Of a stretch of DNA of 64,000 nt, positions 26,001 through 39,595 are shown piece by piece. Numbering within the stretch: position 1 is the stretch's first letter; each line of letters starts with the position of its first letter. Location: the NCBI GenBank assembly GCA_030704615.1, contig CM060734.1, forward strand, positions 27,590,001-27,654,000, written 5' to 3'. The notes under the pieces are model-generated. The model had not been told where the DNA came from. It was given only the letters and a program-made list of their open reading frames with translations, and searched no databases. The translations under genes were made by a program, and so were the position numbers. The DNA is from Takakia lepidozioides (Eukaryota; Plantae; Bryophyta).

Positions 26001-29000
26001 CAAGCACCTGGCATGACGGGCTTTTCAGATTACATAACATCTGTTTTAAGGTTGCCAAGCTATGCCTTTGGAACCACCCTTTGAGTCTGAAACAGATCTG
26101 GTTTTACTGTTTTAACTTGTTTAAGGCAGATATATTCATATTGTTTTAGCTCGAAGAATACCAAGCAGATGTATTGAAGGGCTTTGCCAAATTACCACCG
26201 TCTGGTCTGAGTTACGAAGCAGGTTTTTGGAACTACTCTCTGAGTTTAAAACAAAACTGTCTAAGCTGTTTTGGCTTGATGGATTACATAATGGCTGCTT
26301 TAGGTGTACCAAGCAGTATCTTTGGAATTAACCATTGAGTTTAAAACAGGCCTGGTTACGCTATTATAAGTTTGAAAAGTACCAAGTAGTACTTTTGGAC
26401 ATACCCAGTGATTTGAAAGCAAGACCTTTGCACACTGTTTTGACTTGGAAAAATACCAAGCAGTGGGCTGGTCTGGCTTTTTCAAAATACATAATTCAAA
26501 CTGGGCTTTTTGGAATACCCTCTGAGCTGGTGTTGTCCATAAAGTTCTGATTATGCTCAATGTAGCACTCCTGCTCTGATTGAGTTTTGGAGAGATGATG
26601 GAAATCCAGATCCAGACCTTTATGCATTCATGGAACATAGACTAAATTATCAGGTTGGGCTTTTGGAATTGCAACACCTGGCACTCGTTTTTAAAGGCTC
26701 AAGTGTTTCTGCTGATGGTATGTACCAAGGGTGGTGTTTGTCCTGGTTTTTTTTTTTTTTTTTTTTTAAACAAGACTCCTTCAATGATGAATGACATCTG
26801 AATCCAGGGTGATGGTTGTCTTGGAAATCCCACCCTCCCACCCTAACTTTTCATGTACTTCCAGGAAGATGACATGAGTTTCTATCAAGTAAGATACTGT
26901 CTATGCGAGGTGAAGTTAGATAGTGCCTCGTCATGAAGCTGATTTGTCTTTATTTGACAATGACAGCACTTGTCTTGTCTGTGCCTTGACAAGACATATT
27001 TATCTTCCCTCTGTTTTTTGCCCAGTGTACTTAGTGGTTTCTGTACACACTATCTACCTCTCACTTGTCATTTTCCAGTCTTCTTACTTTGATGTTCTAA
27101 CACCTTTAATGGCTTTTGCGGAGGTCTGGCAAAGCCATGGGGTATCAGCCCCCTATACCTCCATAACAATAATATGGAGCAACAAATCCCTCATAAGGTA
27201 TGATCCTCTCCAGCAAAAATATGTTGGTTGATTGGGCATGGAGAGTAAGGCATCCTCGATGGTACCTGAAATAAACGTAGAGCATCTAAATGACTTCTGA
27301 ATGATGATATTATGAGCTAGGCCTTGGTAAGACAGCCTGCTAGAGTATATGTACTGTACACCTTATACATGATCCGGTCAATGCACATTACTCTTGTTAG
27401 CTGGTCTCCTGTAGCCGATGCCTTATGTCAATTTTAGATACCTTACGATACGAGCGACTTCCGTGTCCTTGGCTCAAGTGCTTCCATGTTCCTCCTGGTT
27501 ATGGCTTTGCTCTTTGTAGCACCAAAAAAAGTACCCAATCTTACTATGTTGCTGGAAGATGGCTTGTTTGAATCAGGGGCAGTAGACTACTGCCAGTGGC
27601 TGAAGAACACAAGTTCTTATTCATACCTTTGGGTAAATTGGTTCTAACCAAAAAGTTGGCTGATATGGTGGGAAGATGTGCAGTAGTCTGCTGCCATTGG
27701 TTGAAGAACACCTGTAATTTCTGAACTCTTGCCAAGTTTGAATTATGTTGTGCCGATGTTCACTCGTAATCTGAGAGCAGAGAGAATGCAGGCCTTTTAT
27801 CCATTTGGTATTCAAGTCCAAGGATAGAACTACATTGTAGAGGGAGAGCCTTATGAGAATGGGTCTGGTATGCGCACTCCCTTACGGGGTGAGTGCATAC
27901 CAAACTCACTCCATAAGGGACTGCCATACCAGGGGTTGGATGGTGGGTGCCCCCCCTCTCCCTCTCTCCAATTATCTGTTTGGGATTAACAATTTTTTTC
28001 CTAAGCCTATCTGGTTTGGAAATTTATTGTCTTGAACTTTACCACCGAGGATGTAGCCTGCAATTTTTCATCCATTACATCCTTCCTCGATGTAACCATA
28101 ACGGATGTAAGCCTAAGAGGATGTAACCTTAATGAAAGTGCAAAATTTCATTCCCAGTGGATGAAATCGCGGGATGGTTTGCCTAACCGTCTCTCTGCCC
28201 TAAGCACAGCACGATACTCGTGCTTGTTTTCTCTGGTGGAGGGCGATGGCGGCCGAGTGCTCGAGCAGCACGATCTGCGCGCGCTTTGTTTTTTTAATGC
28301 GCGATGGCGGCAGGTACTTCCATTTCCCGTGCTGGCAAACGACCTACTGCTGTGTTTGCCTGCAATCTTTCGCATTCATGAAGCGGCGGCGCTCTTAAGG
28401 AGACGGAGGAAGTTAAGTTGCACTTTGTAAAGATGCAATTTTCCTCAAGTCTCCCATTTTGTTGCATTCTATTGTGATCTCTTGAGATTCAGATGTTGAA
28501 CGCCGCAGCGTCCCACTCCACAAACGATTAAGGTTCTTAGTGGTGTCGCATCTTTGTTCTTCTTTTGATCAATTTGCTCACTGTAGAATGCATGTTGGAC
28601 ATGGATAGCAACTGCGAAGACCTGCTACTCGCTTGGTGCATCCTCACTAACACCCATCTTGATGTGGTGGTTTTGGGGACGGGCACAGGTGAGGGCCTTC
28701 ACTTAATATGTATCTTTCAGTTTGCAGATGATCAAAAGACTTGGCGATGGGTGACGATTGACGCTGAATACTGCTTCAGCGGGGCATCCGATACGATTTG
28801 TTTTTGTTTTTTTATGATTGCAACCAACTGCTTCTGTTGAACAATATGGCAATGTGCTGAGCTTTATAGAATACAGACGTTCTATTAAGACTCGAGGGTT
28901 TTCAACCTGATTATAAGTCGGTTTTTCTAGCATGATACCAGTATGAACTTTGGCATCATATTGATATGGTGCTGGAGTAACATCTCCAGACCTAAAGCTA

Positions 29001-32000
29001 TCCAGTGATGCTTAAAACAGGCCTTCTTATGTTGTTTTAACATGGTAAGTACCAAGGAGTACTTTTTGGACATTGAGGTTAGAGTTCTAAGACTAAAACA
29101 GTCACGACTACACTGCTCTAACTTAGAGATTACCAAGCTGCTGGCATGATGGGCTTTTCGGATTACATAACATCTGTTTTAAGGTTGCCAAGCAATGCCT
29201 TTGGAACCACCCTTTGAGCAAATTACAGGCTGTCTGGTCTGATTTATCAAGCAGGTCTTTGGAACTACGTTCTGAATTTAGAACAGAATGTCTAAGCTGT
29301 TTTGGCTCGATGGCTTTTCAGACTACATACTGGCTGCTTTAGGTGTACCAAGCAGCATCTTTGAAATTAAGCGTTGAGTTTAAAACAGGCCAAGCACCTG
29401 GCATGACGGGCTTTTCAGATTACATAACATCTGTTTTAAGGTTGCCAAGCTATGCCTTTGGAACCACCCTTTGAGTCTGAAACAGATCTGGTTTTACTGT
29501 TTTAACTTGTTTAAGGCAGATATATTCATATTGTTTTAGCTCGAAGAATACCAAGCAGATGTATTGAAGGGCTTTGCCAAATTACCACCGTCTGGTCTGA
29601 GTTACGAAGCAGGTTTTTGGAACTACTCTCTGAGTTTAAAACAAAACTGTCTAAGCTGTTTTGGCTTGATGGATTACATAATGGCTGCTTTAGGTGTACC
29701 AAGCAGTATCTTTGGAATTAACCATTGAGTTTAAAACAGGCCTGGTTACGCTATTATAAGTTTGAAAAGTACCAAGTAGTACTTTTGGACATACCCAGTG
29801 ATTTGAAAGCAAGACCTTTGCACACTGTTTTGACTTGGAAAAATACCAAGCAGTGGGCTGGTCTGGCTTTTTCAAAATACATAATTCAAACTGGGCTTTT
29901 TGGAATACCCTCTGAGCTGGTGTTGTCCATAAAGTTCTGATTATGCTCAATGTAGCACTCCTGCTCTGATTGAGTTTTGGAGAGATGATGGAAATCCAGA
30001 TCCAGACCTTTATGCATTCATGGAACATAGACTAAATTATCAGGTTGGGCTTTTGGAATTGCAACACCTGGCACTCGTTTTTAAAGGCTCAAGTGTTTCT
30101 GCTGATGGTATGTACCAAGGGTGGTGTTTGTCCTGGTTTTTTTTTTTTTTTTTTTTTTAAACAAGACTCCTTCAATGATGAATGACATCTGAATCCAGGG
30201 TGATGGTTGTCTTGGAAATCCCACCCTCCCACCCTAACTTTTCATGTACTTCCAGGAAGATGACATGAGTTTCTATCAAGTAAGATACTGTCTATGCGAG
30301 GTGAAGTTAGATAGTGCCTCGTCATGAAGCTGATTTGTCTTTATTTGACAATGACAGCACTTGTCTTGTCTGTGCCTTGACAAGACATATTTATCTTCCC
30401 TCTGTTTTTTGCCCAGTGTACTTAGTGGTTTCTGTACACACTATCTACCTCTCACTTGTCATTTTCCAGTCTTCTTACTTTGATGTTCTAACACCTTTAA
30501 TGGCTTTTGCGGAGGTCTGGCAAAGCCATGGGGTATCAGCCCCCTATACCTCCATAACAATAATATGGAGCAACAAATCCCTCATAAGGTATGATCCTCT
30601 CCAGCAAAAATATGTTGGTTGATTGGGCATGGAGAGTAAGGCATCCTCGATGGTACCTGAAATAAACGTAGAGCATCTAAATGACTTCTGAATGATGATA
30701 TTATGAGCTAGGCCTTGGTAAGACAGCCTGCTAGAGTATATGTACTGTACACCTTATACATGATCCGGTCAATGCACATTACTCTTGTTAGCTGGTCTCC
30801 TGTAGCCGATGCCTTATGTCAATTTTAGATACCTTACGATACGAGCGACTTCCGTGTCCTTGGCTCAAGTGCTTCCATGTTCCTCCTGGTTATGGCTTTG
30901 CTCTTTGTAGCACCAAAAAAAGTACCCAATCTTACTATGTTGCTGGAAGATGGCTTGTTTGAATCAGGGGCAGTAGACTACTGCCAGTGGCTGAAGAACA
31001 CAAGTTCTTATTCATACCTTTGGGTAAATTGGTTCTAACCAAAAAGTTGGCTGATATGGTGGGAAGATGTGCAGTAGTCTGCTGCCATTGGTTGAAGAAC
31101 ACCTGTAATTTCTGAACTCTTGCCAAGTTTGAATTATGTTGTGCCGATGTTCACTCGTAATCTGAGAGCAGAGAGAATGCAGGCCTTTTATCCATTTGGT
31201 ATTCAAGTCCAAGGATAGAACTACATTGTAGAGGGAGAGCCTTATGAGAATGGGTCTGGTATGCGCACTCCCTTACGGGGTGAGTGCATACCAAACTCAC
31301 TCCATAAGGGACTGCCATACCAGGGGTTGGATGGTGGGTGCCCCCCCTCTCCCTCTCTCCAATTATCTGTTTGGGATTAACAATTTTTTTCCTAAGCCTA
31401 TCTGGTTTGGAAATTTATTGTCTTGAACTTTACCACCGAGGATGTAGCCTGCAATTTTTCATCCATTACATCCTTCCTCGATGTAACCATAACGGATGTA
31501 AGCCTAAGAGGATGTAACCTTAATGAAAGTGCAAAATTTCATTCCCAGTGGATGAAATCGCGGGATGGTTTGCCTAACCGTCTCTCTGCCCTAAGCACAG
31601 CACGATACTCGTGCTTGTTTTCTCTGGTGGAGGGCGATGGCGGCCGAGTGCTCGAGCAGCACGATCTGCGCGCGCTTTGTTTTTTTAATGCGCGATGGCG
31701 GCAGGTACTTCCATTTCCCGTGCTGGCAAACGACCTACTGCTGTGTTTGCCTGCAATCTTTCGCATTCATGAAGCGGCGGCGCTCTTAAGGAGACGGAGG
31801 AAGTTAAGTTGCACTTTGTAAAGATGCAATTTTCCTCAAGTCTCCCATTTTGTTGCATTCTATTGTGATCTCTTGAGATTCAGATGTTGAACGCCGCAGC
31901 GTCCCACTCCACAAACGATTAAGGTTCTTAGTGGTGTCGCATCTTCTTTTGATCAATTTGCTCACTGTAGAATGCATGTTGGACATGGATAGCAACTGCG

Positions 32001-32164
32001 AAGACCTGCTACTCGCTTGGTGCATCCTCACTAACACCCATCTTGATGTGGTGGTTTTGGGGACGGGCACAGGTGAGGGCCTTCACTTAATATGTATCTT
32101 TCAGTTTGCAGATGATCAACAGACTTGGCGATGGGTGACGATTGACGCTGAATACTGCTTCAGC
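5048..32164 (+). repeat. Tandem array of eight 3.39-kb units (starts 5048, 8438, 11829, 15220, 18611, 22001, 25391, 28781)
   Basis: GGGGCATCCGATACG recurs every 3390-3391 bp and the ORF track repeats with that period. Visible differences are poly-T length, a 1-bp loss near 18891, and a 7-bp deletion plus a SNP near the end of unit 8. Confidence 0.97.
5240..6190. repeat. Degenerate internal sub-repeats within each 3.39-kb unit
   Basis: ~5401-5483 matches ~5658-5742; ~5486-5657 matches ~5845-6009. ACCAAGCAG and TTTAAAACAGG motifs recur. Confidence 0.75.
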
Positions 32165-34351
32165 ATATCAATATGATGCCAAAGTTCATACTGGTATCAT
32201 GCTAGAAAAACCGACTTATAATCAGGTTGAGAACCCCCGAGTCTTAATAGAACGTCTGTATTCTATAAAGCTCAGCACATTGCCATATTGTTCAACAGAA
32301 GCAGTTGGTTGCAATCATAAAAAAAACAAAAACAAATCGTATCGGATGCCCCGCTGAAGCAGTATTCAGCGTCAATCGTCACCATCGCCAAGTCTGTTGA
32401 TCATCTGCAAACTGAAAGATACATATTAAGTGAAGGCCCTCACCTGTGCCCGTCCCCAAAACCACCACATCAAGATGGGTGTTAGTGAGGATGCACCAAG
32501 TGAGTAGCAGGTCTTCGCAGTTGCTATCCATGTCCAACATGCATTCTACAGTGAGCAAATTGATCAAAAGAAGATGCGACACCACTAAGAACCTTAATCG
32601 TTTGTGGAGTGGGACGTTGCGGCGTTCAACATCTGAATCTCAAGAGATCACAATAGAATGCAACAAAATGGGAGACTTGAGGAAAATTGCATCTTTACAA
32701 AGTGCAACTTAACTTCCTCCGTCTCCTTAAGAGCGCCGCCGCTTCATGAATGCGAAAGATTGCAGGCAAACACAGCAGTAGGTCGTTTGCCAGCACGGGA
32801 AATGGAAGTACCTGCCGCCATCGCGCATTAAAAAAACAAAGCGCGCGCAGATCGTGCTGCTCGAGCACTCGGCCGCCATCGCCCTCCACCAGAGAAAACA
32901 AGCACGAGTATCGTGCTGTGCTTAGGGCAGAGAGACGGTTAGGCAAACCATCCCGCGATTTCATCCACTGGGAATGAAATTTTGCACTTTCATTAAGGTT
33001 ACATCCTCTTAGGCTTACATCCGTTATGGTTACATGGAGGAAGGATGTAATGGATGAAAAATTGCAGGCTACATCCTCGGTGGTAAGTTCAAGACAATAA
33101 ATTTCCAAACTAGATAGGCTTAGGAAAAAAATTGTTAATCCCAAACAGATAATTGGAGAGAGGAGAGGGGGGGCACCCACCATCCAACCCCTGGTATGGC
33201 AGTCCCTTATGGAGTGAGTTTGGTATGCACTCACCCCGTAAGGGAGTGCGCATACCAGACCCATTCTCATAAGGCTCTCCCTCTACAATGTAGTTCTATC
33301 CTTGGACTTGAATACCAAATGGATAAAAGGCCTGCATTCTCTCTGCTCTCAGATTACGAGTGAACATCGGCACAACATAATTCAAACTTGGCAAGAGTTC
33401 AGAAATTACAGGTGTTCTTCAACCAATGGCAGCAGACTACTGCACATCTTCCCACCATATCAGCCAACTTTTTGGTTAGAACCAATTTACCCAAAGGTAT
33501 GAATAAGAACTTGTGTTCTTCAGCCACTGGCAGTAGTCTACTGCCCCTGATTCAAACAAGCCATCTTCCAGCAACATAGTAAGATTGGGTACTTTTTTTG
33601 GTGCTACAAAGAGCAAAGCCATAACCAGGAGGAACATGGAAGCACTTGAGCCAAGGACACGGAAGTCGCTCGTATCGTAAGGTATCTAAAATTGACATAA
33701 GGCATCGGCTACAGGAGACCAGCTAACAAGAGTAATGTGCATTGACCGGATCATGTATAAGGTGTACAGTACATATACTCTAGCAGGCTGTCTTACCAAG
33801 GCCTAGCTCATAATATCATCATTCAGAAGTCATTTAGATGCTCTACGTTTATTTCAGGTACCATCGAGGATGCCTTACTCTCCATGCCCAATCAACCAAC
33901 ATATTTTTGCTGGAGAGGATCATACCTTATGAGGGATTTGTTGCTCCATATTATTGTTATGGAGGTATAGGGGGCTGATACCCCATGGCTTTGCCAGACC
34001 TCCGCAAAAGCCATTAAAGGTGTTAGAACATCAAAGTAAGAAGACTGGAAAATGACAAGTGAGAGGTAGATAGTGTGTACAGAAACCACTAAGTACACTG
34101 GGCAAAAAACAGAGGGAAGATAAATATGTCTTGTCAAGGCACAGACAAGACAAGTGCTGTCATTGTCAAATAAAGACAAATCAGCTTCATGACGAGGCAC
34201 TATCTAACTTCACCTCGCATAGACAGTATCTTACTTGATAGAAACTCATGTCATCTTCCTGGAAGTACATGAAAAGTTAGGGTGGGAGGGTGGGATTTCC
34301 AAGACAACCATCACCCTGGATTCAGATGTCATTCATCATTGAAGGAGTCTT
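32165..34351 (-). repeat. Inverted copy of the 3.39-kb unit, left part (fold-back arm)
   Basis: Reverse complement of the unit. The same ORFs appear on the opposite strand. The palindromic arm starts at 32353 after a 188-bp spacer. Confidence 0.95.
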
Positions 34352-35322
34352 TGTCGCGCAGCTTTTACTCACCCATCCCTTCGCTATCCGAGGCGGAAAC
34401 TCCAAGATAGAAGAGTTGGAAATCTCTAAGTACTCAGCCTGCGCAGAACAATCAGTCATGACCTACAGCTAGTGTATCATGGGGGTGTTTCCTATTTGTT
34501 TCCCTTTCCGCATTCATCTTAGCTACCTTACCATTGATAATTAAGTATCAGTTTGCTTCATCAATCTATCGGTTTCCTTCACTCATCCATTCAATCCACA
34601 GCTTCTCTCAGATCTCTCTACACAGTGTGATTGTATCTTATAAGTATCAGATTATGATTTATCAGGTATCAGGCCGAAGCCATTATGTCTCTAATCTGCT
34701 CTCCAATATCACTACAGCTTTGCATATAACAAGCATCTACTAATCCTCTTTCCTCCTTCATCGTGCTCTCCATCTCTTGCCTCCGATCTCCGCTCCTGCC
34801 TGACTCCGAAGTCCCCCTCCGAATAATGATCCCCCTTCATTCCCCGTTTCTCCCTTTTATCCTCCTATCCGCGGATCTAACCGTTTCCCTCTCTAACCGT
34901 CGTCTGTGAACTAACATGTTCCCTTCACAGGTGTTGTTCCCCACAGTCGTTCCCTATTATCGTGACAGCTGTGTCAAACGGTGACTGGCTGTGTTTGGCT
35001 GTGTCGGGCTGTGACTGGCTGTGTGGCTGTGCCGGGCTGTGACTGGCTGTGTGGGCTGTGTCTGCTGTGGCGACTGTGACGGGCTGTGTGGGCTGTGACG
35101 ATTGTGACGGGCTGTGTTGGCTGTGTGGCCTGTGACTGCTGTGACGACTGTGACGGGCTGTGTGGGCTGTGACGACTGTGACGGGCTGTGTGGGCTATGT
35201 AACCCCCCTCTATAGTGCGCTGCTGTCACCCCTAAGGCTCCTGTTGGTCTCAGTCTGTGCAAAAATTAAGGGTACCCTACAGATCCCGTATAAGTGTCTA
35301 AGTCCCCTACAGTCCTCTAACA
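34352..35322 (-). repeat. 3' LTR of element B (971 bp)
   Basis: TG...CA termini. Preceded on the minus strand by a PPT (35326-35339). Confidence 0.93.
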
Positions 35323-35353
35323 TTACCCCTTCCCCCCTCAAAAAGCCGTGTCC

Positions 35354-38300
35354 TCACGGTTTACTGTTTCCGAGTAGCAAACCTTTGTGAGTGAGCACCT
35401 TGTTGACGTTGAGAGTTTCGTGGTGGGCTGTGTGTACGAGCCCGAGGTCTGTCTCTGGTTGATGGAGATGGTTGATCACTACCTGGATAAGTGAGGCCTT
35501 CTGGAGGTTGATATCGAGGTAATCTTTTTCTGGCATAGGAGATCCCCTTTGTTTCTTCTCTTCCATCTGAATTGCATAGTCTTCTCCCATGTCAAAAGAA
35601 TTGTGTGAAGAAACAGTTGTATCAGAATCCTCATCGCCTCTCAGGTGTTTTAATTTTCGAACTTTTTGTGGAATCATCTGGGGCATACAATGCTGTCCTA
35701 CCATGTCTGGAAGTTTGTATTTTACAACTTGGTGTAACCGCTGAACAGCAAAATTGGTGTAGGCACTGAGCTCCTTGTCTGTCCAGATGAGTGGGGTACC
35801 AATTACTGGTGCGTGCAAGTACTTCCATGCCACATGTCCCTTATAGAAAATGTCATCAAGTCCGAATTTCTGTGTTGACAATTGGTTGCAGGCTGCTTGA
35901 AACCATGAACGAATTTGAGAATCCTTCTGCATCATAACTTTTGGGTCATATAGGTATATATGAGGTGGCACCGAAGGTAATACCCAATGATCTCCACTGG
36001 AGTAACTTTGAAAGCGTGTTTGCATCTTTTGTTGCTCAATGTGGTAACGTACCAGAAAACAAGCAGCGTAGTATAGCCCGCACCCCATGACAATACTTGC
36101 TATCTCCTTGGTCTTGGTATAAATGAGTCCATGTACAACCTGGAAAGCAACCAATTCCCTCAACATGGTACCTGCCTCGTGCCAGTATTGTGCAAAGTGA
36201 TGATCTTCAATATGTCGATTGTTTGGAAGAACTTTAGTCCTAGTTGCCACTGGCAGCCAAATACGCATGATTTGGTAGTAATGTGCGAATGACTGCGGAG
36301 GACTAAATTCTTTCCAAGCCAAATCCAACATGATGGGAATTTGGTTGAAGGGCATAAGCATAGCCCTGCTGTACTCCCTTGCAGCTGGAGTTTTAGGTGG
36401 GTTAAAAGCGGCATTGCCCCATACCTCCGGCTGTGGTGGCTGTGGTGTGGTTGTAGTAACCCCAGGTTCAGCTATTGGTACAGTGACCTGTTGTGGTGGT
36501 GGTGGTACTGGCTCCTGTATCATTGGCATTTCCTGCACCTCCTGTGAAGACTGAAAAGCCAGAGTTCTGGCTTGCAAATAAGAAGCCATTAGCTGTTCTT
36601 GAGGGATATAGACTCTTTGGTCGATGTTTGAAGTGAGGTCTTCCACTTGAGTCTGGAGTCCGTCTACATCCTCTTGTAACTCTGCTATCCTACTATAGAC
36701 ATTGTCTATAGTAGTTGTGGCAATGTTCTGCACCTGCAGTCTGAGCTCATTCATCTCGCTTTGGGTGAGTTTCCGTGGGCTTTTGCCCTCTACTGGCCCT
36801 TGTGCTAACCAGACCTGCATAAGGCTGTTATCCACCAAGCTGCTTGTGGTTCCCCTGAGAGTTTGCTCTTCTCTTAGCTTGTACAATTCCAACTGCTGTT
36901 GTAAAGCCTCCATGCGCTTCGCCTGTGGCTCAACCAATTGCGCATAGGCAGCAAGTAGATTATTGGCTTCCTTCGAAGCCTTGTTACTGACCGCGATTTC
37001 ATTTCTATTGGCCACGATGGTTTGTTGCAACTCCACGATGTGTTTCTCTTGATCAGCTTCCATCTGCTTGTATTGCTTGAAAGTATCTTCATTGCGACAG
37101 ATTGTATTCTTCATATCGACAATGAGCTTCATTTGCTCAACATTCTCTTCTTCTGCCTTCGTACATTTTTCCGCTTGACTGTTTATTTCTTTTGTTGATT
37201 GGTCAAGCATAGTTGTAAATGTAGCACATTGTATCTCCATCCTGTTATGCACTGTCTGCAACTCTGTATGTAGTGCATTCAGTTCTTGCAACTTGCTTTC
37301 ATGCTGCACCTGCATTTGGTATAGCTGTTGCTTATGTGCTTCGTGCAACTGGTCTTGCGTGAGGTTTGCCTCAATCAGTTGTTGCTTGGCCAACTGCAAA
37401 GCCATTTCTGTATTGCCCAAGTCCTGCTTCATCTTGAGAGTGACCTCTTCATCGACCTTGTTTGCACACTCAGTGGCAAGTCGAGCCTCAAACTCCTTCC
37501 TGAGTTCCTCTTTCAAGGCTGTCAATTGGGTAATTGGAACATGGGATTTGACATAAGTCCCCAACAAATTAAGTGTCCTGCCTATGGAACTCATCAGCAT
37601 TGCCTGTTGAGGGTCATCATGGTGAGGTTGCTGCTGTTCCTCCGATCTTCAACAGTATGATGTCTCACTAACCATTCAGGCCATTGTCCCACCGGATTTT
37701 CTTCCTGAACTACTTCATCTATGACTGGTGTTACAGTGTCATGACCTTCCGCCTGTGGTACCTCCAACACAGGTGTGTGCATTATATGCACCTCAGGATT
37801 TCCCTTGGGCAACTGTTGCACCTCTGGGATTTCTGTCTCCTTGACCAGACCAGAATATTCATAGAGAAGGTCCCCTTTCTCTATTTCTGCCACTATCTGC
37901 TTCTGTAGTTGGAATCTCTATCCCTTCACTTTCCAAATCAATTATTTGGGTTGAGCTGCATGGATAACTTGTGACCTTGTGACAAGTCGTTCAAGTGGCT
38001 GTGTTGGCTGTGATGCAGAAGTAACTTCCTCCTCCCTCTCTGAAGGTCCTGTTTCCAGTAATAACATTCTTTTATGCTGCTGTGCCCCTTCCTGGTCATG
38101 AGCTTGGGAAACATTATCATGCGGAATCCGTGAAGCCAGTGGATCCGCCACTACAGTCTTTCCCCTTCTCTGCCTCTTAGTCTCGGGTTGTGCTGCTAGT
38201 CCACCCTCACTGTGTGAAGAGCCTTGCTCTTCCATTGCAGTTGTTTCTGGCTCAAACACTCCCATTTCCTTCCTTTCTTGTGCATTAAGTATGCCAGAAT

Positions 38301-39327
38301 TAAGGATTATTTGAGCAATGATTGGGCCAGACACTATGATAGGAGACTTTGCGGTAGTACCTTGTAATCTTTTCATCTCCTCTACTAGTGCGTTGTACAT
38401 AATGTCCGCCCATTGTACCTCTTGTCCCTTCAGGCCTTTGAGTATTTCCTCTGTGAAGGATCTGCTCAAATATTGTTGGTTCTGTTTCAGGGCAAACAGA
38501 ACGTTCAATACCTGGCCTATCTCTTTTAACCCTGGGTACACAGCTTTGGTACAAGCATAACCCTGAGTTTTAAAGAAACTCCCTTCTTGGAATAAGTCCC
38601 CTATTTGTAGTCTTGCCCTGTGTTCCCCCACATGCACCTGACCTGCTGGCAATCGAAACAATTGCTGGAGGTATAGGGGAGTAAGCATTAATTCAACTCC
38701 CTTCACCGTTGTTGTTCCTGTCCTTGGCTCAAAGTTCTGCAAAAATTGTAACATGTACTGTCTATGGTGTAGTGTCCAATCTAGACTTTGCAATCCTTCC
38801 AATCTCAGCTCCTCCAGTATCTTTATCGCCTGTGGGGTAGCCATCGTTTGTTTCTGCAGAATTGTGGTGCTCTTCACCCTGATTTCCTCCATTCCTCTCA
38901 CTCTCTTCATCTTAGACTCACAGAACTGCTTTGGCTGTAACAACTGCAGGAATGCCTGTAGTGCACAAAGCAGAAACGTATGGTTGCCGCAGAAAGCTAT
39001 GGGTAATCTCTTGTAAGCCTGCGGGGCTTGCAAGCATTGCTCAAGAGAAAAGCTCTGCTCTGTCGTTTCGTGTCTATGCCACTGCGTAAGTAATATTGCG
39101 AGCGTATAGTCTGTTAGTTCCTCCATAGTTTCCAAGTTATAGCATTTATGGCCTGTCCTGTCGAGACGCCCGTTACTCAGAACGACGCCGCCTCTTGCGC
39201 TCAATTTCCCTCCATTTTCTTGATCATTTCTCTGGTTTTCTATTGGCTGTATCTGCTGTGACTGGATTTTAACTTTTATCTTCTTTAGTGGACTTTCCCT
39301 GTTGGATAGTCCACTAGGATCACACAT
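35354..39327 (-). CDS. Extra 3' ORF of element B (Transposase_32-like domain plus coiled coil), broken by small indels
   Basis: ORFs 37942-39876, 37594-37893 and 35354-37600 are near-identical in protein to 45-4012. Confidence 0.75.
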
Positions 39328-39595
39328 GCGACATGAATTCGGCTTTTCTGTACTTGCCATTCGTTCCGTTTCCCTTTTTCCGTATTCATTAATGGGCCCG
39401 CCTTTCATCCCATTTGACGGCCGTTCTTGTCCTCTTTCTTTTTGACACCTGTCCTTGCACTTCATTCTCTGCTGTGTGTCGCACCCTGACCTCCACGTGT
39501 CTATTTTTAAATTAATTTCCGTTTCTTCTTCCTTCAGCCATTTTCCTGAAGTTTTTATGTGTCCACTTGTCACTGATTCTATGGATCGTGTAACT

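Noticed and set aside
5048-34351. The many 60-130-aa ORFs recurring in each unit as genes
   Set aside because: They have no recognisable domains, often start at non-ATG codons and overlap on both strands. Their recurrence only reflects the DNA repeat.
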